DNA from: Epithemia pelagica
Taxonomy: Eukaryota > Protista > Bacillariophyta
Length of the DNA: 64,000 bases
NCBI GenBank assembly: GCA_946965045.2
Contig: OX337228.1
Span: 2,356,001-2,420,000 of the forward strand
Direction: 5' to 3'
Part shown: positions 33,472 to 43,793 of the stretch, piece by piece
How positions within the stretch are numbered: the first letter of the stretch is position 1
Layout of the letters: every line of letters starts with the position of its first letter
Program-made: the position numbers and the translations under genes
The notes under the pieces: generated by a model
The model's database searches: none
The model's input: the letters and a program-made list of their open reading frames with translations, nothing else
What the model was told of the DNA's origin: nothing

Positions 33472-34622
33472 AGAGCCTATAGCATAATTGATGGTATAAG
33501 AAGCTTTCCTCTAGTAACAACCCATGCGCTTTTGTCTAGGTATCTAGTAATATCCATGACATCTTATTTTTCCCGTAGCTTCATTTTGAATGGCACCTAT
33601 TTTAAGTTTTATTTACGAAACTTGACGAAGCTTGTGTTGAGTGTTGAGTCCGTCGTTGTCGAAATTCAGTCCAACCTACCTTCTTAGGTACAAGCGTCAG
33701 AAAATGCCATCGACATTCGACATGACATCTTTCACTTTTACGTTATTCTCGTACAAAGGTGAACATACAATGTCATGAAAACTTGTTTACCGGAAGACAA
33801 CACAAGTAGTTACTCCTATCATCTATCATCCGCCTCAGCTTGATTAGCCACGAAGAAATATCTGGAGTATTTAGTAAAGCTCTTATCATTGATCATCCAC
33901 AAGGGGCAAGGGATGTAGTCCGGCAACTCGGACTTGGAAGTAGTTGAATAATGAATAATAATATTAGTCCCATGTCTATGTTATAAGTTGTAATTTGTGA
34001 TGTTGCCTGATGCCTGATGACTGATGATAGTTGTTTATCACGAATGACTTGATCGCGCCATGCGTAATGATATCGTCGGGTAAGACACATGATTTTGACG
34101 TGATGCAAAAAGTAAATTGGATTGGGAATAGTCACATAGTCACCACAAATTGGAAGTTAGCAACAGATCATTGATTTCTTGATCTCGGGTTCAAAGTTCA
34201 AATTGTGAGAGAAGGACGAAAGGATATTCTATATTCCGTCTAGGGAAACTCGGGACTCGGGACCACGAGAAGCCGACCAATCGTACGCCTATGTCATACA
34301 ATAACTCTAGGAAATACAACAATATGTAGTGGAAGGCTGAGGTGTAGTCTACTCTTGAAGTCGCGGTTAGCACCACCCAGCGGGGGTGGACCTTCGAACC
34401 AACTGCGCTGGGGGTGTCGCGGATGGATGTCTGTCCGCGACGTGCGTACCCTTTCACAGCCATCAAACCAGTCGCTCGCCCCATTGCCTTCTCACTCCGA
34501 TGTGCAAAAAATGGAGGTCCTAGAACAGAGATCCCAGTGCACCACAGAAGTCCACTCAACAGTTTGTATTTGTCCGCTTCATGTGCGAACATCAAGAGCA
34601 AGAGGCAAACTGATCGCGACGC

Positions 34623-35846
34623 ATGCTCAGAAGGAGAGAACGATCAGGGGTGGGTGTGCTTCTTCGTATAGCTTTTGTCCGAGCAGTTGCCTTGGATGCA
34701 ATTGATGGTTGGAGTCCTGGCAGAACTTACAATTCGCTATCTTCCATGAAAATGGCTCCACACAACAGTAATCCCGTCGAGGCAAGACACAACCGTGACT
34801 ACTTCTCTTACAAAGAAATGGTTTTTCCTGGACTAAAGTATGAAATGCAATTAAAGAGAGTATTAGTAAGCACAAACAGCGAATTTCAAGAAATCGACAT
34901 CGTTGAAACTTGTTTCGGAAAGGTGCGTTGAGACGACATGTCTTCTAGATCACATGCCCTGTAGTCCTCACCATCAAGTCTAACATATTCACAGACCTTG
35001 GTCACAGATGGTCTTACACAGAGCACTGAATTTGATGAGTTTGTTTACCACGAAAGCTTGGTTCACCCCGCTATGCTCAAATGTGCAGAACAAGGGAAAG
35101 CTCCAGAGTCTGTGTTTATTGGAGGAGGAGGTGAACTCGCAACAATGAGGGAAGTTCTTCGGCACAGATCTGTCAAACGAGTAGTAATGGTTGACTTGGA
35201 TCAGAAAGTTGTTGAGGTTTCTAAAGCGTACTTGCAGGAATGGGGCGGCGAAAAAGTTGCCTCAGATCCAAGGGTCAACTTGATCATCGGTGATGCGCAC
35301 GAGTACATGCTTAATACCCAAGATGTGTTTGACGTCATCATCATGGATATATCTGATCCTGTCGAGGCCGGGCCAGGAATTGCTCTTTACACCAAAGAGT
35401 TCTATGAATACGCCTTGACAAGGCTTTCTAGTACTGGGGTCTTCGTTACTCAGGCAGGAATGGCAAGTTCAGTTCCGATGAAAGTGGACGACGCAAAAGT
35501 CGAGGAGTCTATGAGTTTCGCACCGATTACCAATACGCTCTCTGCCGTTTTTGAAGTTGCCATGCCGTACTCGGTAAACATTCCTTCATTTGGAAGTGAC
35601 TGGGGATTTGTGATGGCTTTTCATAGCGATGATGAAAAAAGCGCTGTCGATTCCTGGAGATCACCATCAGCCAGATCCATTGACAGGCTACTCACGAACC
35701 AACTGACAGATGGCCCGGACTCACTTCAGCATTATGATGGAATCACACACTGTAGGATGTTCTCTCTTACCAAGCCGCTTCGCATATACTTGAACCAAGA
35801 CAAGAGAATCATGACGAAAGACAATCCTATCTATATGTTTGGCTAG
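34623..35846 (+). CDS. Spermidine/thermospermine synthase-family aminopropyltransferase, two exons
   Basis: Intron 34923..34994 gives ETCFGK|TLVTDG. Motifs YHESLVHPAML, FIGGGGELAT, VMVDLD, FDVIIMDISDP, GVFVTQAG. The start is at 34623 or at the later MKMAP ATG. Confidence 0.9.
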
Positions 35847-35908
35847 CATATCTTGAACCAAGACAAGGGAACCATGACGAAAGACATCCTTTCTATATGT
35901 TTAGCTAG
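35783..35908. repeat. Imperfect tandem duplication of the last 64 bp of the aminopropyltransferase CDS
   Basis: 35783..35846 versus 35847..35908: both read CATAT(A)CTTGAACCAAGACAAG.GAA.CATGACGAAAGACA...TCTATATGTTT.GCTAG. Confidence 0.9.
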
Positions 35909-36311
35909 TCACTTCTGAATCTTGGGACCACAAACGTGACCTAGGTTGGGCCGTCACCTTACATGACACATTTGTCCTTTGTTAGAAATGTTCATCTACC
36001 TGGCATTCTGCAACATGTCTTGTTTATCATCATTACCGGCTTAAAAGGAGACAGTTTGCCCATTTTCGATTCTGGCAGAGATCCTTCACTCGTTGGGGAC
36101 CTTCAGTCATGTAGTGCAGGAGGTCCATGCTGTCTCAAATTTTGGTCTAAGGATACCTCAAAAATGTTCCATAGTTGGGAATATTGACACATTGTCGTTA
36201 TGTGGGCAATTTACTTGCGGTAGCTCCGGACGATAGGCGCTCTCTCTACTAGAGAGAGATTAGGAGTAGGTAGTAGGAGTAGCACTGAGAGTATTGGTAT
36301 TGGCTGTATGG

Positions 36312-36345
36312 ATGGTCTATGGTCTATGGTCTATGGTCTATGGTC
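36312..36345. repeat. (ATGGTCT)n heptamer tandem repeat, about 5 copies
   Basis: ATGGTCTATGGTCTATGGTCTATGGTCTATGGTC read directly. Confidence 0.9.
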
Positions 36346-36703
36346 CCAACTCCCAACGAGCTCGTACTCCTCGTAGGAGTACGACTAATACAAAAAACAT
36401 GCTCCTACGAGTACTACTACTCGTACACATAATGATAATCTGCTTTTTAGTTAAGCCTCTCACAGCCTGTATTACAGTGATTTCCAGACTAAAGAACTAT
36501 ACCTCATATAGTACGGTCTTTCATCCACGAACTGTCCAGAGTCTCTGTCAGTGTACAGCTTGGTTGTAGTTTTTTATGGCGCCAAACGCTCACGAGTCTA
36601 CCTAGTGTTGCCGTTCCCTCTTCGACAGTGTAACGAAGTCCGGTTGGAGAGATTGAATCCAACGTTCCATCAAGCACAAACATAACAAAAGGGATTGTGG
36701 GCT

Positions 36704-38071
36704 ATGGAAGCGACAGATGACCTTGACAGAATTTTGAATGGTGAAGGCAGGGTATTAAGTGGCGCAATCGGGATGCGAGATCACTCGGTGCCAGCTTCTG
36801 ACACTCAGTTGAGCAGTCAGGCTGGTTTAGAAGAAGAATTGACTGGTACCGAATACGACATTCGTCCAGATCCACAGGCAGAGAAAGTTGATTTGAGTAA
36901 AATCCGTGGACAAACAGTTAGCGCAGAAAATAAACTCGCTATTGAGGATGACGCAGAAACAGAACTTGCTGCGCTAGCGGAGCTTCTACCAGAAGTTACC
37001 ACAAAGAGAAGACCCGCAGCTGCAACAAATGAAGAGTTAATGTTTGCTGGAGCGGAAAAGGGAGTCGACGATACTTTTGAGAAAGGTCGTACCAGGGAGG
37101 AAGTTGAGCCTCCTACACCTGCAGCTCCAGCCCGCCAAACTCTATCATCCCCAAAGAAGGAAACACATTTAGAGGATGATGAGGTGGATTCTAACACGGC
37201 AAAAAAGTTGTCAGTACATTCCGTCACGGAGCTTCTAAATCATCAAACATCTATGAAAGTAATGGGATCAGGTGACCAGGAAACTTCTCGAGGTGACATG
37301 GACGGTGGCCACACTTACGGGTCGAATGCTGCACCACAGGATGCTACCTCCTTTGAAGATTATCCTGATTCGGAGCATGCGTTGAACGATGCCAATCAAA
37401 CTTCTGAAGAAGAAGCCGCAAATATTCCAAAAGAGTTTATAAATTCTGGGCAGTCGATATCAACTGCCACCCAGACTCATGAAGTGCGAATGCCTATGTA
37501 TCTCCCGACATTTAAGCCTGCAACCGGATGCACCAACGCAAGTGATTTTATTGTCCGCTGCTTCGTAGCCCGATTAAGGTCTGGAATCACGGTGGTGAAA
37601 CATGGGCGATCTCGCTGGTGCAAATCGCGTCTCCGCGTTCTACAAATTCACCCTGACGGACGCAGTCTGACTTGGAAGCCGGCCGAAGGAGAACCTACTA
37701 CCAACCGAAAACCACCGAAGTTGGACCTCTCTACTTGCCTGGAAGTTCGACACGCATGGTCACCCGATCCGCACAACCCAATGTACACTGGGACTCCGAT
37801 CCTCCGCCAAAAATGTGAAGCAGCAAACGCTCATAAATCGTTCGCGTTGATATTCAAACACCGAACAGTTGATATAACTGCTGTAACAGCAGATCAATGC
37901 AAGGTCTTGATGGAAGGATTTAGTGCACTTTGCTTCCGGCTACAGGTCGCTAGTTTGGCCGGCCGCTCGGGCAACAGGAACAAGGCCGCTCGACCGATGC
38001 CAGATGAAGACGGAGTTTCCGTTACTGCAAGTGCAACTTTAACGAACTCCTCTACCCCAAAGAATCGATAG
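36704..38071 (+). CDS. Protein with an acidic disordered N-terminus and a C-terminal PH-like domain
   Basis: LRSGITVVKHGRS...RVLQIHPDGRSLTWK...LEVRHAW...FALIFKHRTVDITA...LMEGFSAL resembles PLC/Num1-type PH folds. Confidence 0.65.
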   Translation: MEATDDLDRILNGEGRVLSGAIGMRDHSVPASDTQLSSQAGLEEELTGTEYDIRPDPQAEKVDLSKIRGQTVSAENKLAIEDDAETELAALAELLPEVTTKRRPAAATNEELMFAGAEKGVDDTFEKGRTREEVEPPTPAAPARQTLSSPKKETHLEDDEVDSNTAKKLSVHSVTELLNHQTSMKVMGSGDQETSRGDMDGGHTYGSNAAPQDATSFEDYPDSEHALNDANQTSEEEAANIPKEFINSGQSISTATQTHEVRMPMYLPTFKPATGCTNASDFIVRCFVARLRSGITVVKHGRSRWCKSRLRVLQIHPDGRSLTWKPAEGEPTTNRKPPKLDLSTCLEVRHAWSPDPHNPMYTGTPILRQKCEAANAHKSFALIFKHRTVDITAVTADQCKVLMEGFSALCFRLQVASLAGRSGNRNKAARPMPDEDGVSVTASATLTNSSTPKNR

Positions 38072-38472
38072 TTTTATGCGAATGCTTTGTTTATCTTAAT
38101 CACTTATTATATCTGTTTTAATGGCATGTGTTTCATTCTTCTCATACTGCTGCTCTATCTCTAATCTCTATGTGTGCATATGATAGGTACTGACGTTCTT
38201 TGGTAGCTCAGGAGCGATCAAAGGGCGACCAAGAAGTTTCAACCACAGAGTACGTGTGCCACCCAAACAACCGCGCAACAGCGCAACTACAACTGTGGTG
38301 TTGATGCGCCGATAACTCTGTTTCCTCCCTTATCAAGACGTTACTTTCTTTGTTGTTGTAAGGAGGAAAGAAGTGTTTAAATATGAATAGCTTCTTCGCT
38401 ACGCGATCGGTATCCTTGCTACGTTTGACGGGTCTTCGTTCCGCGTCCGCCACATCGTCCGCGAGGCGGACC

Positions 38473-38851
38473 ATGGCAACGAAAATTAACTCCTTCTCGA
38501 GTACTCCCTCTGCTATCGTTCCCGCCGACTTTCTCCGAGGATGGTATAATACGTAAGTTGATTAAAAAAATTTCTTACGATGGTCGTACCTCGGGTTCCG
38601 TGGACCTTCTTACTGACCTTCCGTTTCGTTACCCTGACAGGTTCGGTAAATCAACGGCCAAGTACGCGACTTGGGTGGTAATCTTGGTTATTGCTGGTGA
38701 ATTGACTGTCGGGAAGGGAAGAGATCTTCTGTGGGAGATGAACAATCATGGGCGTACTTTCAGAAGCGCTGACTGGAGCAAGTTTGATCAGTTTGATGAG
38801 GATGACGACGATGATGAAGACGATGACGACGATGAAGATGATGACGAATAA
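38473..38851 (+). CDS. QCR9: Cytochrome b-c1 complex subunit 9 (QCR9-like) with acidic tail; two exons
   Basis: Intron 38553..38640 (GTAAGT...CTGACAG) gives MATKINSFSSTPSAIVPADFLRGWYNTFGKSTAKYATWVVILVIAGELTVGKGRDLLWEMNNHGRTFRSADWSKF, matching the QCR9 pattern Y-x-TM-W-x-x-x-N-x-G-[KR]. Confidence 0.75.
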
Positions 38852-39182
38852 ATGTGGAAACTGTAAGAAAAGGTTCTAATGTGGCTGGACCCCTTTGGAG
38901 TGCACTCCAATGAAGACTTACTGTTTTATCAAGGAATTATATCATGAACTAAGGGCGAAATCTTCGCACAATAGTCTAATCGGGTACAGAACTATCCGTC
39001 GAATCTACCCAATGTGATTGTCTTCGACTTCGATCGACAACTGAATCATTGTCATTAGAAATGTTGGGCAATATGTACCTGATACCTGGAAACCTAACTT
39101 CTCTCATCTGATCGTGGCATTATGACGCCCGTTTTAGTATAAACCTATCCGAGATGCAATGTTTTGATGTCGTTTAAATATC

Positions 39183-41770
39183 CTACGAATGGAACTTTTT
39201 GTTTGTGGAAGCGTAATCCTTCAGGAGCTGGCATGGTTCAAACTGGGGACCATTCTGATCCGCAAACCGATTCATCATGTCCACATATCCACTAACACCG
39301 ACTTGATCCAAGTATCGGAATGGACCGCCTCGGAATGGAGCAAATCCGGTTCCAAAGACTAAACCAATATCACCAACTTCTGGATTTGCGATGATCTCGT
39401 CTTCCAAGCATTTAGCAGCTTCGTTCACGAATCGAGAGACAAGACGATTTTGGATGTCTTCCTCAGAAAGCCTTAAATCCCTTTCCACGAATTTTTTCAA
39501 GTAGGACTGGACAGCCGGGTTGACCGTCTTCTTTTTCCCCTTGTACGTATAGAATCCTTGACCAGACTTCTTTCCCAGCCACCCTTTCTCCATCATTTCC
39601 TTCATAATACTTACATCACCACCTTCCATTCTCACACCGAGATCGGCATTCGACAGAAACGTGGCCACGTGCGAAATGATATCGATTCCGACATCGTCAG
39701 CTAGGGATATGGGGCCCACTGGCATCCCAAAGTTCTTGATAGCCTTGTCAAGCCCTTCCAATGAAACTCCGTCACGTATCAAGGCTGCCGTCTCAACTAG
39801 GTACGGCCCAAAACAACGGTTCACGTAAAAGCCAGGCACATCTTTCACAACGATACATGTTTTGCCTTGCTTGGTTCCCACCTCAAATGCGGTCGCTATG
39901 GTTCGGTCACTGGTTCCCTCGTGAGGAATGATCTCCATTAGCATCATTGCCGGAACGGGAGAAAAATAATGCATACCAATGATGTTCTCGGGACGGGTGG
40001 CTCCTTGGGCGATGGAGCCAATTGGGATAGCACTTGTGTTTGTCGCGAAAATGCAGTGAGCTGGTGTCGCTCGCTCAACGTCAGCGACAATCTTGCGTTT
40101 CAAATCGATATCTTCATATACGGCTTCAATGACCTGAGAACAGACAGAAAGTACCATGTCCAATCATGTACGAAATTAGACAGTGTCAATGTCTGGACTT
40201 CCACTGATGCTCCAAAGTAGACTTACCATATCGGCATTCGCAAAGTGTCGATCTAAAGAAGGATTGTCGTCTGTCAAAGGTGTAACATTTGATGTGTTGA
40301 TGCTGAACTGGTGTGTAGTCATACGCTTTCGAGAGACTTTCTTTTTCCAGTTATCAACCATGTAAGACTGACCCCTTGCAACCGACTCGTCGTTGCGGTC
40401 CTTAAGCATGACTTGGAAACCCTTTTCTGCAGAAACTTGACCAATTCCAGCCCCCATCAGTCCCGCTCCCATGATTGCTATTTTCTCAACTGGAAGCGCT
40501 GTGTCGGAACTGAAATCATGTTTCTTCATTTTTGTCATGAAATCAAAAATACCGATCAGGGCTTCTGACTCGGGCGTCGCTGCGAGAGCGGCAAACTGTT
40601 CCCTTTCGTACTTGAACTTTGCATCGCCATGAGGGTTTTCCAATCCATACTTGATGCAATCAAGAATCTTGAACGGAGCCGGATACTTTCCATTGGTGTT
40701 TTTCATTACATTTTCCGACGCAAAATGCCAAATAATGCGACGTCCAAGTGAGTTGTCTTCCAAAAGTCGGTTGGTGAATGACTTTGTTTTGCGTTTAGGC
40801 TTTAACGTCTTGTTTGAAAGTCCAAGAGCTGAGGCTATGGCGACCTGTTCAAGTGAGGCTGGAGCGACGACCAAATCAACCAGACCCATTTTTTTGGCTT
40901 TGTCTGGCCGGATCTCTTTTCCTAGAAGCATCATCTCAATAGCAGGCTGCACGCCAACCAGACTTGGAAGATTCTGAGTTCCTCCGAATCCAGGAAGTAG
41001 TCCTAACTTAACTTCCGGGAGACCCATCTACTCAAAAACAAACGAGTGAGGATGCAATGTCGTTTATATAGTTCGACGCATTTCTCGTCAGGAAAGTGTC
41101 TTACCTTGGTTTTTGGGTTGTCCGTGCAAATGCGATAGTCGCACCACAAACACCATTCCAAGCCACCTCCGAGCGCAGGCCCATCAATTGCCGCGACTAG
41201 GGGAACTCCCTTCGATCGCATGCGCTGAAACAGCTTCAGACCACCTTCAATCACAGGGATCAGGTCTTGTTTGTTTTCGGTTCGCTTGATGTCGTAGATA
41301 TCAGCTCCCACGATAAATGTGTTTGGCTTCGCGGAGGTAAACACCACGGCCTTGACGTCATTATTGTTCTCAAGATCGTTCGTCCACAAAGCTTTCGCTT
41401 CGTCGGCCAGAGCAAAACTAATAGCATTGACGGATTTACCCAGGCAGTCGAATCGGACAATAGCTACTCCACTGTCTGTGATCTCAACGTTCCGAAAGAA
41501 CTGATACTGTCGTTCTGGAGTCGGTACAAAGGGGGTGGCTCCTGTCTCTTCAAGTGAGACATGCTGCTTCATTCGAGTCGAGTGGTCGTCGTTCGCCACT
41601 GGTGCCGTCGACTGCAATCGTCGAAACACCGATGACGGCTGGCTGCCAACCATGATTCTTGGTCGAGGGTTCAAATACATGGTTGTGATGGATGATTGAC
41701 CTGGGACAGAAACGGCTGATAGAGGGCGGCAGCCCATCGTTCGCAAGCACACTCGGCCTCTCGTCAACAT
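39183..41770 (-). CDS. HADHA: Mitochondrial trifunctional enzyme alpha subunit (enoyl-CoA hydratase / 3-hydroxyacyl-CoA dehydrogenase); three exons
   Basis: Exons 41770..41105, 41027..40227 and 40133..39183 join in frame (805 aa). Motifs GPALGGGLE, GLPEVKLGLLPGFGGTQ, GAGLMGAGI, VIEAVYED, FATNTSAIPI, GMHYFSPV, GFAPFRGGP. Confidence 0.95.
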
Positions 41771-42105
41771 TGTCGTGTTCTTTCCAATCTCCTAGTGCAA
41801 TCCTTTTACATTTGCACAAATGAGACAAGATACGATTTCCTATCGTATATCATGTTGACACTTTTAAACGTGACTGAAGTCACGAGAAGCGTCACCCATC
41901 AAGAAGATGTCGCGTCATGATGTCTCTGTGTCTCTTGTCGTCCACATTATTTCTTATTCGCTTTTGTATAGTCTTATGAGTCGCGTCAGTTCTACCGGCT
42001 TCTTTTATCCCGAGCCCCAACGCAACAAACGTTGCTGCAACAAGGTTCTTGTTTTCGAGACGACCATATCGATATCCCTATTTTTAATTCTACGACATCA
42101 ACAAC

Positions 42106-43667
42106 ATGTCGCCTAACACAAAACGTCCTTCATTGCCTCTAGCAAAGAATGCTCCAGGCTATGAAGAAGGGACGGGCCAAGGAAGTTACCCGTCTAAGCG
42201 CGCTAAACATGAAAACGATGACGAAGATTCCAAGCAAGACACCCCGGCCGAAATTGGAGAAAGCTTCCACGATGATGAGGATATCTTAACTTCGGAGACA
42301 CTTAAGGAGCAAGATCCTGCGTCAAGCAGGAATATGCCAGCCGAAAACATAGCTCGACCGTCGTACGAGACCATTCGAGCAAATCCGTAAGAATTTCTAT
42401 GTATCAAAAGAGATGAGAAATGATCAACTTTCACCTTACCGTTGATGGTTATTTGTAGAACGGACCCTGCTTTCTTTAATCAGTACTTGTTCGCGCTTCT
42501 GTCCTTCAAAGTGGATACTGGGACCTATGCGGTTCACAAGGATGCATGTCCGAATTTATATGCTTGGCTCGGACACATGAGGCGCGAATATGCACGTCTC
42601 ACACACCAACCCGCAACAGCAACGTTGACGGCTGAACAGAAAAAGATCCTCGAGTACTTGCACGTGCCCCTGACGGTAAGTGTGTTCCCCCAGAGCCTTC
42701 CTACTTTTGTAGGATGAACAAATCTTACATGAATCCATCTGTTGTTGCTACTTCAGCACCGTGGAGATGACCATTGGAACCGCTTCTACAACATGCTTCG
42801 GGACTACAAAGAACGGCATGGCCATGTCCTCGTCCCGCGCTTGTGTGAAGTCCCAGGTAAGAGTCAATGGTATGACTGTATGTTACCCTTTCCACTTTCC
42901 TTACACGCCCTTGCCCTGTACCACCTTGATTCGAACTGCCTAGGTTTGGGAGACTGGGTAAGTAATATGACTCCGGGAGATCCGTTTTATGTTGTGCCAC
43001 GTACGCCTAATTTGGTTCCTTTGTTTATTATTGCACACAGGTCACTGATCAGGTGTGTTTTCTAATGCTGTTGATTTGTCAATGTTTTTTAAAGAGGGAG
43101 TCGACTGAACTAACATTTCTCGTTTCTTTCCCTTCAACTTCCCTTAAACAACAGCGTCGACAGTACAAGGCATACAAGCTTGGCAAAGCCTCCCAACTCA
43201 CAACAGAACGTCGTGAGCGTTTAGAAAAGCTTGGCTTCACGTTTCAGGTTCGATCGCGTCCACAGTGGGATAAGAGATACGAGGAACTGGTTGAGTACAA
43301 GAAAAAACATGGAGACTGTAAGGTTCCCCAGCACTTCAGCGAAAATCGAGCACTGGGCAAGTGGGTTGCAAAGCAAAGAGAACAATACAAGCTCAAGAAG
43401 AAGGGACGACATTCATTTTTGACGCCAGATCGTGAAGAAAAGTTAAACAACATCGGATTTTTGTGGCAAGTCCGGTCGGCAATAGCTGAAGAAAACGAGG
43501 ACGAATTGCAACGTGGACAGCAAATCGCACTGCCGTCAACGACAACAACGTTACCCCCGACCGGGATACAGAACACATTGGCAGCTGCTCAATCGGACAC
43601 TTCAGGGCTCACGGCACATCCACCTGCAACAGATCCTCTTGCGATGAGGGATGTTGCCAATCTGTAG
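42106..43667 (+). CDS. Helicase-associated (HA) domain repeat protein; six exons including two microexons
   Basis: Exons 42106..42386, 42459..42675, 42757..42856, 42944..42957, 43041..43052 and 43155..43667 join in frame and give HA repeats (W..FY..L..YK..HG...VP...LG.WV..QR..Y). Confidence 0.88.
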
Positions 43668-43793
43668 TTCGCGTCTGTATGCCAATAACAGTTGAATGCC
43701 AGTCTGCAATGTCAAAAGCGGAGAGTCTTAGGATATTCACTGGGGCCTCCCAAAATGTTAAAACATACATTGGAGTCTCCCAAAAGCAGATGC

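Larger units (their letters stand above)
28135..33582. mobile_element. TIR DNA transposon of the PIF/Harbinger-ISL2EU (PHIS) group with three genes, 5448 bp
   Basis: Perfect 16-bp TIR GAAGCTACGGGAAAAA (28135..28150) / TTTTTCCCGTAGCTTC (33567..33582), extending imperfectly to about 33 bp. It encloses a DDE transposase and two accessory ORFs. No TSD is evident. Confidence 0.85.

Noticed and set aside
27133-33582. MITE and PHIS transposon as one composite element
   Set aside because: Each has its own self-matching TIR pair, the two TIR sequences are unrelated, and 193 bp separate them.
34365-34425. tRNA-like gene or riboswitch (GGTTCGA on the - strand)
   Set aside because: There is no cloverleaf, A-box or TPP/SAM consensus. 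Only an imperfect stem is supported.
38895-38910. Perfect 16-bp palindrome TTGGAGTGCACTCCAA downstream of QCR9
   Set aside because: It is a single isolated occurrence with no supporting context, so no function can be assigned.
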